A stretch of DNA of 64,000 nucleotides from Octopus sinensis. Taxonomy: Eukaryota. Position numbers and translations under genes: made by a program. Under the pieces are notes generated by a model that was given only the letters and a program-made list of their open reading frames with translations, was not told where the DNA came from and did not search any database. The stretch lies in the NCBI RefSeq assembly GCF_006345805.1, contig NC_043015.1, positions 8,990,001 through 9,054,000 of the forward strand, in the 5' to 3' direction. Shown piece after piece: positions 28,100-42,060 of the stretch (position 1 is the first letter of the stretch; every line of letters starts with the position of its first letter).

Positions 28100-28740
28100 C
28101 GCTTCCACTAACGGTTTCTGGGGTCTTGGTGGTTCAAGACTCCATCGTCGGGTGATTCGAACCTCTATTCAATTTCATACACCTCTGCATACCATTGCAC
28201 TCCTTCTCCAATACCAATCCAATTGCTTTGCCCCATTAACAGCTAATATTTTGACAACCAACTCACCCACTACTTTTCCACTCCTCTGTCTATTCCTGTA
28301 CCTTTGTACATGCCTTAATAATCTCCCTCAGCCACTCAACCATGCAATTTACTTTCCTCAAATAATGGCCATTCTCTTTCTCACTATCTCAAACATTAAT
28401 TGTATAGCCTTCATACAAACGAACAGAAAGGTCACCAATCACCTAGTAGCTAAACTACTTTCCGCTTTCTCCTACTTTCCACCTCTACGGCTATAACTCC
28501 CTACTAGCCTCATTAATAACCTCATGACCCTTGATATTCATTATCTCCTCTCACTATTTTATATCTGAATACCTCCCGAATTCTCCCTCTCATACACATA
28601 GCTCTACACAAAACCATTCCGTTTTAAGTCTTTCAGTCAACATCTCAAATGTAAGGTTTTATCCCTGCAGATACGGGCTCCTAACATCCGACAATGGAAT
28701 CAATTTACAATCATTAATTTCGACCAACGAACTCTCAGAT
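28100..28740 (-). mobile_element. Possible very old RTE-like LINE RT remnant
   Basis: Purine-rich minus strand with weak similarity (VEINDCKLIPLSDVRSPYLQG, FEMLTERLKT, WPLFEE) to RTE RT regions; many stops. Confidence 0.35.
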
Positions 28741-29261
28741 ACAGCTTTTCAATTTCTGATACACTTTCTCGAGCCTTTTAATTCTTGATAATATTTCTTG
28801 TCTTTGTATGTAGAGCATTTTTCTATATAAACATATTTACTATTTTTTGTAAGTAATGCACTGTTGCTTCTCGGATGTATGACTGTTCCAAAGAAGGTTT
28901 GGTTAGAGGTTCCTTGCTGAATGATTTTAAACTCTCTTTGCTGCAACCGTGATTTAGTGAAATATTTGGCTTCTTCTGCAAATTCTCCTGCTACACCTTC
29001 ATTTTCATCATTGACAGCGTAACTGTGACGTAATCAAAGTTGGGCAACAAAAATCCACGTACAGTGCAACTATCACGCACAGGCTCAATCACAGTTTCAA
29101 CTGGTCTATAGTGTTGAGATTCAACAAATTTCCGTGGATCTTCAAATGTTTATAAGGTTGAATATAAAGTAAGCAATTATTTGCACCGTATTTTTGCAGA
29201 GTTTTGATTAAAAAATATTTTTTCCAGGTCTCTGATAATACAGACATATACTTTTCTAAAT

Positions 29262-29480
29262 ACCTCTTTTCTAATTTAGGCAGAAGTCCCGAACGTTTTG
29301 GGTTGGGGACCAGTCGTTTGGATCGACCCCAGTATGCAACTAATACTTAATTTATCGACAACGAAAGGATGAAGGGCTAAGTCAATCTCGGTGGAATTTT
29401 CTACTCAGAATGTAAAGACAGATGAAATACCTAAGCATTTATCCTGGTATGCTGCCGTTTCTGCCAGCTTACCGCCTTAA
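29262..29480 (-). mobile_element. tRNA-derived SINE with alternative 3' tail
   Basis: Head and core as in 30797-31025 (gatcgaccccagt...tttatcgac...gaaaggatgaa...ctgccagctt) but a different tail (ctaatttaggcagaagtcccgaacgttttgggttggggaccag). Confidence 0.8.
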
Positions 29481-29569
29481 GGATGCAGATGCCGTTGAAA
29501 TGCCGGTGCACTAAAGGATCTGCCAGTTCCTCGCCCAAACATTTTTTTCACTGTTGTTACAATCATCTA

Positions 29570-30663
<1,094 letters not shown>

Positions 30664-30768
30664 CAAATATCTATATATATTGGTAACAATGGTAAGATAT
30701 AGACGTCCGTATGAACCGTTTTGGTCCACGCGAGTGTGGGGGTTTGTATGTACATATATATATGTATA

Positions 30769-30796
<28 letters not shown>

Positions 30797-30799
<3 letters not shown>

Positions 30800-31025
30800 T
30801 TCTTTACTAACCACAAGGGGCTAAACACAGAGGGGACAAACAAGGACAGACAAAGGGATTAAGTCGACTACATCGCCCCCAGTGCGTAACTGGTACTTAA
30901 TTTATCGACCCCGAAAGGATGAAAGGCAAAGTCGACCTCGGCGGAATTTGAACTCGGAACGTAACGACAGACGAAATACCGCTACGAATTTCGCCCGGCG
31001 TGCTAACGTTTCTACCAGCTCGCCG
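30797..31025 (-). mobile_element. Young full-length tRNA-derived SINE
   Basis: Reverse complement: ggcgagctggtagaaacgttagcacgccgggcgaaat (A-box region) ... ccgagttcaaattccgccgagg (B box) ... ctttcatcctttcggggtcgataaattaagtacc ... tail into (TA)n. Confidence 0.92.
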
Positions 31026-31711
31026 GTGAGCGGGGGATGTTGTGTACGTTTCTAGTGAGTGTGAGTGTGTACGTTTAGGCGCATGCACTTGGGTGTGAGG
31101 GCGCGCATGTGTAGGTGTGAACATGCGCGCTTACGCGAAGACTATATTCATTTCTACCCCCTTACTTTTACATCCTCCTCTTACTTAGCGGTCATTCAAC
31201 TAGCTCTTATGTCTTAAGAACGATCAATCACACAGTAATTTCCCTTGGTATAACAGTCATTTTCATAGCACTTTTCCCGATCGCCGGATAACTTAAGAGA
31301 TAGCGGCGTGGATTCCCACCTCGGCATCTGAAACTCAAAGTTTTATCATGGCTACCGCAAAATTGTCGCATATTACATTTACATATATATATATATACAA
31401 AGCAAATGCAGGAGATATTACGGTCCCCAAATGTTTATACTAGGATTTCCTACTATGGTTACTTGGTACCTGTTTCAATATATTTGGATACTCATTCCCA
31501 ATGTGTCATCAGTTCACACGTATATGCTAATGTTTGAGTTGCGTAAATGACCAGGCATTTTATAATTGTTTTGAGAGAGACATATCAACGAATGAATTGG
31601 TAAATAAGTAAAATAAGTACTAAGGAAAACGAGAATGGTATAATAAAAGGAATGCAGTGAATATGAATAGAAAATAAGGAGAGGAAAGAAGTGATGAAAC
31701 AAGTTAGAGTG

Positions 31712-31752
<41 letters not shown>

Positions 31753-34700
31753 TGTATGTATGTTGTATTCATGCATGCACGTGTGTATACACGTATACAT
31801 GCCCACCCCCTTGGAAAAGAGAAAAGAGAAGAGATAAAAACAAGAATGCATTGAAGTACAGAATGCAATGCGAAATGGAACCAGCATCAAGATTTATCAT
31901 TTAATTTTTTCTCCCTTTTCTTCAAGTAGTATCTCCTTGCATCAACGAAATATAATCCTTTAGAGAAGCCTAATGACTTTATGAATAAATGGTACATCTT
32001 GGTAAAGTAGTACTTGAAATAGTTTTTCTTCAAGCCTGGGAAAAGAAATATATCAGTTATTTTCTATTATATAAATCAAAGACATAATTTATTGTAACAA
32101 GATTTATTTCTACAGCTAGGAAGTTTCCCAAACCAAAAACATTGCCGTTTTCAACGCTTTCAACAATGCTATTCTTTGTCTTTAACTGAAAATCCTTATA
32201 AAGTGCTTTGCACAACTCTTTACTTTAGTTCTCTGTAACATTGAAATAGCTTATTGTTTGATGATACGTTGTAGTTCAAAAGCTTCGGGAATATCTAATG
32301 AAGTTTGCAAAGGAGGCATAATGGTGACACGTTTGTAGGAACTAATGATCTAAACATCTGATTATACTAGTATCTCATATCTCTCTATCAATTTATCTAT
32401 CTCTGTCTCTCACTCTGTCTTTACATATAAATAATCACATACACACACGTAAACACACACACATACACAAGCACATGTCTATACCTATATACATACGCCT
32501 AGTTTTGTGCGTATGCTTTTGATGGGTTTAATAAAATAGATTGAGATTTGTATTTGCCTCCCAGATCTCAAAACCTATGTTTTTCTTCGCATATCAGAAT
32601 TCTAAATTTAAAAAAGGAAATATAATTGAGCTGTTTTCTTTTTGTGAACAAACGCCTGAAACAGAATTTGCTATTGTAACAGGTCTTTTGTATCTGTAAT
32701 TCCTGTTTGCATTTACTGCAAATACCTGTTGCATATCGTAAATATCATAACTAATTTTACATGTAGGTTTTCTGCTATTATCGCTCGCTAAAATATTGCT
32801 AAATATTTTTTGTGTATATAAAATTAGTTCAATTGATAAAAGCGTTTACATGTGCCAGTATTGTTATTCTATAGTAGAATTTTCGAACCTCGCCGTTTTA
32901 CCAGACCTATTAGTCGAGGGCTGGATGAGGCTGTGAACTGACAGAACCGTTAGCCCATCGAGTAGATATACCGAACGTTATGTGATCCAACTTATTAAAT
33001 TCTGAGATCAATTGCGGTATAGAAAGTTTTCCATCCATTCGAAATATATAAAATAGGTACCATTTGAACAATAAGGTCGATGTAATCTACTGGCTTACTC
33101 ACAATAAAATTGTTGGCCTTGTGACGATATCTGAAACCGTTATTGTAAATGAATGTTAGAAAAGTGACTAGCAGAAAAACTATCATGTCTGGCCAAAAGG
33201 AAATCACCTTTTCTCCACTGGTTCTCTACGTTTACAGTTAAAATTTCCGTCACTATCGACGTTGTTTTCCATCCGTTCACAGTCGATCATTTAGGTATCA
33301 ATTAATATGTAATTATCTTTGATGCAATTGAATAATCTCTTTCACCTGATATTGCAAATATTCTGCCACAATTTGAAATTCTTTTAAATATTTCTCAAAT
33401 TCCGCCAAGGTTGACTTTGACACTCAACATTTCTGTGTCAATAAAATAAGTACATTTCAGGCCTGTTATATATATCATCATTGTAATATATATATATATA
33501 TATATAATCATTCACTAGTTCCTGCAGAGAAATCATTAAACGACTAATTGTACTAACTCATAATACAAGTCGGACTACACATATTCCTAAACATAAACTA
33601 TTGTGAGATATTTCCATACGTAGACACTTGAACTCGGTCAGATAGGAATACGCATCTATAAGCTGATCTTAAATGTACTATGTTCTATATATTGAAAGCA
33701 AATTTCCATATTTATTGTTAATGTCTAATGCTCTATTATTTTTGCGATGCTTCACTATTATCGTTCATGTTTCTTTGTAGCCACTTTTGGTATAGAATTA
33801 GTGGTTCTCTATGGCTGCGGCATCAGCATCAGGTATTGCTGCTTAAATAAATATGTGGAATATGAAGTGTTTTTAAACATAATATTAATTTACATCATAA
33901 AATAGCATCTCCAGCGTTTCATATTTAATTTAAACTACTAAAAAATCACGCATTTTTCGGAACCTGTCTCAGTTCTCAGTTCTATGGAAAGCAAGAATAG
34001 CGATATCCTTCTTCGTGAATTAATCTGGCCTACAATATTGATATACGGCTTGATAGATAATTATTGTTTTTTTTTAAATACATAATTTCAATTTCAACAG
34101 ATATGTATATTTAAAATACACTTCTTTTATGCTTCAATTTTTATTCGCGATTGTGATAGGATGGTATATGTTATATTTCTTGAATACTCGACCTGTTTAA
34201 TTGTCTGTAACACATCTCAGTATTCCTTCGACGGTGTTTCAATATATATCGTGATCAGGAGCATTTGTATACTGCGCATGCGTACATAGATTTATGAACA
34301 TAGATATAACTACTAAGTAGAATTCATTGTTTTCCTCTTCCCTCTCCCACACACACATATACACACAAACACACGCGCACACACACATATATATGCTAGC
34401 AACCGCACCCGTCAATTGGACAGTCTAAGTTGCTTTGGTGGTATTGTTTTCATCAAATAATTGAACTACCGTGAAGGCTTATGGATAGCACGGCAATCTG
34501 TTTCCGATTAACCTAGGAACGGAAAATTAAATTGAAGGCTGGTGATTGTGGAGGTCGTTCTACTTTCATAATCATAGAATACATACGTTTGCAAGCGATG
34601 CAAAGTAGTGTTTTGGGTGTAGATTACGGATAATGACAACTAAATATTGCTGTTATACATGAAAGCGAAATTTCTTGAGAGAAATCATCAAATAAATGGT

Positions 34701-36544
34701 GTAAGGAGATTGAAGAATACGTTGAAACTTCCTGTCTGATAGTTAATTGTTTTCAATACCAAACGGAGCTTCTTGTTTAATGATAATTTAATAAAAGCCC
34801 CTTTATTCTGTCTTCCCATATAGCCTAACAACAAATTCTGCATTCAATTATATTGGTATGGCGCTTTCTGAGAAAATACATAAAGCTTTCAATAGAGGAA
34901 GCAAAACACTTATTGATGTATTCTTGTATACTTACATTTTATATTCATTATAAATAGAATGGATTATAAGCAACAAACCTCACCTATGCCTGGTTTGGAG
35001 TACCACAGTTTGAAACTGACTAAGAGAAACATTAAACTGCAAATTTAGATGGTAAAATGTATCTTTGCAAATATTACTAAATAGAGAGGAAATATCTATC
35101 GAGATATTTGAGATTCAAAAATCAGTACGTAAACAAGCGAATAGGATATTCGCTTAGTTTAGTGCTTGATATTTGGGGTGAACATGACCCAAAATATGAA
35201 AATAATCTTTGGAATATGTACGGAATTAAGCGAGATGGAATTAAAGAGCAGCTATGAGCTTCTTGATGCAGCCGATCGACATATGACACTTTCCAATCCG
35301 TCAAGTGGTACTTTACGTGCTACGTCGGATGTCCTTCGGTCTAATATCAGCATCACTGCGCATGTGAGAGAGGTATTTCTTAGTGTGTCTAGATTAAGCA
35401 AAAGAGACATTTAATATTCGTTGAAAACTAGTGTATCAATTAACCCTTAAAATGCAATGTTTAATTTTGGGAACTATTACTTCGCATAGCAGTAGTGGGT
35501 TTTGCCAAAATCTATAATTCTCAATAGTGAAGCACAACAGTTTCTTTCTCTGTTAAGGCACTACCTGCATGTACATCAACATTTTAGATATAAGTGGAAT
35601 AATGTTAATGAATGTAATAAGGTTACATTTGTAGTTCCAACTCTGCTGAGAGATACACAATTGGCATATTACTGTCGAATGATGCATTTGGCTTATGCGT
35701 TCTTTGAACAGGTACTAATTTGAGATCGTTGAGAGATAATTGTAGATATGGAGACCTGAGAGCAAGTTTTTAGTCTTTGCGTATTGGTTTGAGATTTCAG
35801 ATATACCATATATGATTTGCGTAAAAAAAGAAAAGAAAATTGCTTTCTTTGTTCTAGAATTTTTATTTTGAATAACTATTTAAAAGGCCAAATGGCCATG
35901 AAATGTAAAATGTGTACCAAAAAACCTAAACTGACCAATGCGAAAAAGACATCGCAATAACAGGAAAAACAATCTCATTAATATAGAAATAACATGAATG
36001 GATGGTTTGTAAACATATGGAACACGACGTAGTACATACTTCATATTTTGACAAGCGTAATTTAAGAGAGTTACGTTGGATTGTCTGATATATTAGAATT
36101 ACAGTGTGTGTATAAAGGAATAAATCAATACAGATTAGGTCAATAAGTAGTGTTTAGTAATTTTATATATACATATATACATACATATTTTCAAACACAA
36201 GTAATTCATTACTAGAAAAACGTGTGTCAAAAATGTGTGTATATATATCAGTTATTTAAAAGATGAGATTCCTTCTAGAACAAAGAAAGCAGTCTTCATT
36301 TGTATTTTTCGAAAATCATATATGGTACTTCTAAACTCTCAAGACAATAAGCAAAGAAAAGATTTGACGAAAAACTTGCTCTCACCTCTCCCCGGTGTCA
36401 ATTCATTTCCATATCTACAATTATCTCTCAACGATCTCAAAGTTATATATTCTATTACGAATCATATATGTGCATACAAACGCAAACACGCAAGTACGCA
36501 CACAGGCATACACAAAGAAATACGCACACGGACGCACAGGCATG

Positions 36545-36582
<38 letters not shown>

Positions 36583-36675
36583 GATATATAGATAGATAGA
36601 TAGATACCTATCAGTGTATGTATGTAAACATTCATAAGTAATATATATAGATACGCATACAGTATAAATGTATGC

Positions 36676-36709
<34 letters not shown>

Positions 36710-36737
36710 GTATATATATATGTATATATAAATATAT

Positions 36738-36770
<33 letters not shown>

Positions 36771-36789
36771 GTGTGTATACATATATATG

Positions 36790-36822
<33 letters not shown>

Positions 36823-37470
36823 GTATAAATATATATATATATATAATACATATTTGTCTATATAGATATATTAACATATATATATGTGTGTGTGTGTGTG
36901 TGTGTTAGGGGCAGGTGCTTGCCATTATATTTACTCATATATACACATACGCGTGTCTGTTTGTGTGTGTATAAATAGATATGTACAAAAAGCTACATAT
37001 ATCAGACATTGTTGACTGCAAAATTTTGTTCCTGCTATTTTTTTTATCATTTTGTATTTTTGTCTCTCAATAGTCTATTAATCAATATCACTAAATAATT
37101 GCTTCTTGAAATACATGATGATAAATCTGGCAACGTGTCTTAGTGATGACTAAGCATTTGTTTCCTTAGACAATTTCACGAGAATATGAACAACCTCAGT
37201 AAAGCTAATAGTATTTCAGATTTTCTAACAAAAACCAACGAATGCAAAACCTCTCAGCCAAAAAAAAAAAATGAAGAGATAAAGTAGTGAACAAAATATC
37301 CGTTGTAAGACATAATTAATAGAAATACTGTTTTCTTTTCGCTGTTATCTTGTTTCTTTTTTTTCCTTTGGTTTTCGCCTAATTTTCCTCCAATTATTCT
37401 TCAGCTTTCTCATCATCATCGTCATCATCAACATCATACGGTTTTTGTTTATATTCCTCTTATTCGTCCA

Positions 37471-37563
37471 CTTCGTCTTCGTCTTCTTCTACTTCTTCCT
37501 CTTCTTCTTCTTCTCCTTCTTTTCCTTCTTCTTCTCCTTCTTTTTCTTCTTCTTCTTCTTCTT

Positions 37564-37594
<31 letters not shown>

Positions 37595-37751
37595 TCCTCC
37601 TTCGTGTTCTTTTTCTACTGCACATTCATTACTTTTACAAGTAGCAACAACGAGATCAGCAATTGACTATTAGATATAAAGAAGAACAAAACTAATATAA
37701 GACACATATACAGATGACAATTCTATCCATAATAGCAACAATTACATTACA

Positions 37752-37784
<33 letters not shown>

Positions 37785-38030
37785 ATTAATATTTCTATTA
37801 TTGTCGTTATTATTATTATTACTGTTATTAAAAATAAGTCGAAGAAAAGCAAGAAGAAATGGAAGATGATGATGATGATGAAGAAGAAGAAGAAGAAGAA
37901 GAAGAAGAAGAAGAAGAAGAAAAAGAAGAAAAAGAAGAAGAAGAAGGAGAAGAAAAGAAGAAAAGAAGAAGAAGAAGAAGAAGAAGAAGAAGAAGAAGAA
38001 GAAGAATAAGAAGAAGAAGAAGAAGAAGAG
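37471..38030. repeat. (CTT)n array 37471-37593 and (GAA)n array 37880-38030 in inverted orientation
   Basis: Direct inspection. Confidence 0.9.
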
Positions 38031-38589
38031 GAAGATATGAACCTACGCAATAACTGCTACATGAACTGAAGGAAAATAACTGGCTCGCGAACTGTTTTAA
38101 TCCTTATAATTAAAGACACTGATATTATAACTAATAGATACTAGCCTATCTCTGATATCAGCAATAATAACAGTATCAGGAAACACTAAAAGACATTATT
38201 AATTACAAGGTACAGAGCTTGGTATACTTTCATTGTCAATATGTAGAACGTTATGATGCCTAAAAAATACGTTGTCGTGCGGAGGTTATGCATTACGTCC
38301 TAAATAATTATTTTCGTTTTCTTTTTTATATCATTAAAACGTTTCTCTTATTGGAAAGTGATATCGTTTTGATCAAAACCCATTCTCTGAGCACTCGGTG
38401 TGTGATGAATACAATGGTACTGTATTTTTATGGGTGATTTGAGGGTCACTGTAACATAGATCCGACGTTTCAGATTCTGTCGATGGTCATAATAACGAGG
38501 TCAATGGGATAGAAAACGAATGTAGTGGATGAAACCATAATTAAAATTCCTTGGTCGTCGTGACAAATGTCCCAACGCAATTCAATGTA

Positions 38590-38880
38590 ACTAAATTTAT
38601 TTTCCCCAATAAGCCTGGTTCTGTTTAAAATTATCCCAAATAAATTAGAGAAGAAAAATATCCCGTCTCATTCAAACGAACCCTAGACAAATTTCTTCAA
38701 GGGAAACAAGGTGAGACACCTATACCGGGATACCTCGTACAACACAGTCAACAACTCTCTACTTGAATGGGTCATGATACGTAATTTAAATTGGCGTGAG
38801 AAATCCTATTCGGTGGTGCTTGTACGTTAGACATGGCCTGGTCCAAGCTTTTCCCGAAACATATCTAAATTATCGAAGAA
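38590..38880 (+). mobile_element. 3' end of CR1-type LINE
   Basis: IREEKYPVSFKRTLDKFLQ...TPIPGY..; 3' UTR ggtggtgct...atggc...gaaac...atctaa resembles the end of the 51-52 kb copy. Confidence 0.6.
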
Positions 38881-39145
38881 TAAATTTTCTTGCAACAGGT
38901 TGTATCAATACTGAAAACATTACTGAATCGATTAATGATGCGAATGTTGATAACAGCAAAAATAATGATCACACCAATTATGATGTTTACTCCATTGACT
39001 ATATGTTTACTGCAAAACAGAAGACTGTACAGATATACACAATATAACGTGAGTAAACATTAAAATGTCAGAAATATAACAGCAGTTCAAACCTGAATAA
39101 ATCTGCGAATTGGAAGATACTTCGAAATGCTAATCCTGGAAATAA

Positions 39146-39270
39146 TATTAGCTTGTCCCAAAAGTTCGTAAACACTCGCCAAGTACTAACAAAAACAAGA
39201 AAAAATTATTCCTCAAAATAAAGACCATTATTTTCCAAGACTTTCTACGATCTTTTGGGACAACCTTATA
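39146..39270. mobile_element. 125-bp mariner-type MITE
   Basis: TIRs tattagcttgtcccaaaagttcgta / tacgatcttttgggacaaccttata; TA at both ends. Confidence 0.8.
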
Positions 39271-39974
39271 GTTTCTGCCCCACCTCCATCAAGTTTTAGG
39301 TGCATCCTCTCAGCAGGCCTTTTCATTCCTGTTATTATTATCACTATCACGTGCCTTTGAAATAATTTCCTTCAAGGCAGCACCAACCGCTTAACATTAA
39401 TCTAAATGTTCATTTGAAACGTGGAAGCGTTTTCTTTATCTTTGGCTGAAGAGGAATATGTCTATTTTCAGCCATTTCCGAAGGGCCATCACGAAACTTC
39501 TTTCATTAATACCCTCGGAAAAATAAATTGTTTCGTTAAAATAAATTCTTTCCCAAATCCCCTTGGAAAATCAAACTTAGCGGTCCTACGGACGGAGGCT
39601 CTCGGTGCTATTATCTTCATAACAGATTAGCTGATAGCCTGTTGCATACTGCATAACGTTACAAGTCCGAAAAGCTCAAGCAATTGTAGTGTAGCATGAT
39701 TTTTTCGATTGCTCTTTATTCGTTTTGTAGATCCAGTTGTCATTATTTTGAATCTGTTCAATTTACATTTAAATCTCAATGCCATTATCCAGTAGCACGG
39801 TCAAACTGAATATGTATTTAGAGATTATAGAATACAAGGCTACGGCTTGAAAGTAGTCCATTGAAATTGATCGGACATATATGTTTCGTGAACATCTAGA
39901 GCCTCTCCGAAAAAGCCTTTATAATTTCTCATGATTGATGTCCTGCAAAACATGTAACCTCCTAATAACCCGAT

Positions 39975-40106
39975 TGACTGACAGCCCTTGAAGGCAATCG
40001 ATATTTCAGACCATAAAATTCATTAGACAAGTTGAGTTAAAGATGCGACTTTTCAGAGATACGACGTATAAAGGAGTGCGCCTGTAACCGTAGCTGACAC
40101 CTGTCA
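39975..40106. promoter_or_regulatory. Candidate TALE-homeodomain (PBX/MEIS/PREP) site cluster with TATA-like box
   Basis: TGACTGACAG 39975-39984 fits TGANTGACAG; TGACACCTGTCA 40095-40106 is the reverse complement of TGACAGGTGTCA; TATAAAG 40067-40073. Confidence 0.3.
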
Positions 40107-40975
40107 AGGAAGCATAGAGCATGTCATAACATCAGCGCAAGTTTATACATCCTCAGCCACAGCATGCAATCTCTTCCACTCCCTAGGTGTTGACATACAA
40201 ATGAACGGCAGACAAGCGGCACACGTCCATTTTTAGATTAATCGTCTGGCGCATTTTTCTAGTTGGTTACAAGTTTCTTGCTTTATTTTACAGTCGGCTT
40301 ATTAGTTGCTATTTTTACATTTCATTCTTCTCGGATGTGTTCAGGAATGTTGAATTATATGTTTGCTCTCAGCACTCTTAAGGAGAGGTTTAACGATGGT
40401 TTATTTTAATTTTTTGGAACATTCAATGAATTATTACTTCTTGCACCACAGCGTGTAACAAACCTGGAACCATTGTTTTATTTATTTCTTTCATATATTT
40501 GTGTTTCCTTCAATTGGTTTGTGTTGAATAGATATTTTTCTCTTTACTCATTGGTTTTCATGATCTATATTGTTGTACTCATCCATGCTAACGCTCCTTT
40601 TATTCCATTCAAACACGTGGATTGCAGTGGTGGTATTTGTGGTGGAGCATTCCCCTGATTTTTCTTTTATTTTTAGTGTGTTGTTTTTATCATGCTGTTG
40701 TTCACAATGTTATACTCGTCTGTTCGTTGTCAGTTGCAATATCAAAGTTATATGGTTCTGACTATCCCAACTACAATAAATAAAATCTTTGAACGTCATT
40801 CATTTTTCTTTCTAAATAATATATAACTACACGTTTATAAAATTTCACATTTCGACCCGCATAAGCGGAAATTACGTAGAGCCGAAACAAGACTCAAAAG
40901 GACTCCCTGGATCAAAAACACATTACAAGTTCTCTTTTTACGCTTGCTAACTACACAACAACCCCGATAATAAAA

Positions 40976-41037
<62 letters not shown>

Positions 41038-41040
41038 GTG

Positions 41041-42060
41041 ACTAAGAAACTCAGGATAGAAATTAGAGACGGAATGTATTATTTTGGCGGCACAGACGGC
41101 ACAAACATGTATTATTTTGGCGGCACATGATCAAAGCTTTCCTCCCAAAATCTACCAGGATAATGTCCTACAAAACGGTTCCCAACTTAAATGCAGAATC
41201 TTTAATAAATTTGATGAAGCAATACAACATCTCGTCTCGGAATGTCCTGTGCTGACACCAAACGTATACATCGCCACGATAGGATAGAACAGTATTTACT
41301 CTGAAAGATATGTAAACACTACAAAGTTAGCACTCCTGAGCCAAAAATGTCACTATCCTCAAGACTTTTGTAATCAACACCGACATAAGGATCCATGCTA
41401 TTCGACCAAACATAGCCATTAAATACAAAGAAGAAAATACTTGTGGACTAATAGATGTTAGTGTTGCCACTGATAAAAAATATATATCTGTCAAGGAATC
41501 TGAGAAATTAAGATAATATAAGAATATGGGAATTGAAACAGAAAATGATATAAACGTCGGTCCTATGGTCAGCTAGTCATTAATTAAGTTTACCTTCGCA
41601 GATTGTCACAGACGGCACAAAAATTGTCGATAGCCTGGATAGACTATAAACAAAGCTTTTGATAGTCTACCAGATAACTGGATTACGAAATGTCTGAAAA
41701 TGTTTAAAATACCACCTACTCTGCGAAACTTGTCTCTATGTATGAGTTCTTGGAGAACCACACTGACATTGAACAGTGACAGTGAATCTGTTAATGCTGG
41801 GGATGTAAGAATTTCATGTGGCATTTTCCAGGGTGACACCCTATCACCACTCCTCTTTAGTCCAGCCTTAATACCTCTGTAGAAATTGCTCAACGATGCA
41901 CGATACGTTTCTAAAATGTTTGCTATATATATAAATTATTTCATTTACATAGATGATTTAAAGATCTTCGCAAAAAATTGACTATCAACTACAGGCCTAC
42001 TAGCGATTGTTAAACAATTCAGGGATGGCATCAGGATGCAATTTGTCAAAAAGCTATCTC
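41041..42060 (+). mobile_element. R4/Dong-like LINE relic with C-terminal region placed before the RT region
   Basis: 41041-41540: ILAAHDQS, KCRIFNKFDEAIQHLVSECPVL zinc knuckle, IRPNI..LIDVSV RLE; 41600-42060: AWIDYK, GIFQGDTLSPLLF, IDDLKIFAK. Confidence 0.85.

Noticed and set aside
29275-29300. Apparent left TIR of the 29.6-30.5 kb mariner
   Set aside because: The sequence belongs to the tail of the SINE at 29262-29480
34225-34260. Minus-strand CTGATCA...GAAAC-ACC-GTC hammerhead-like string
   Set aside because: G8 is changed, stem II is weak and stem I has only 2 bp; single copy
38461-38492. Minus-strand ATGACCA...GAAACGTC hammerhead-like string
   Set aside because: Two core mismatches, 2-bp stem II and no stem I
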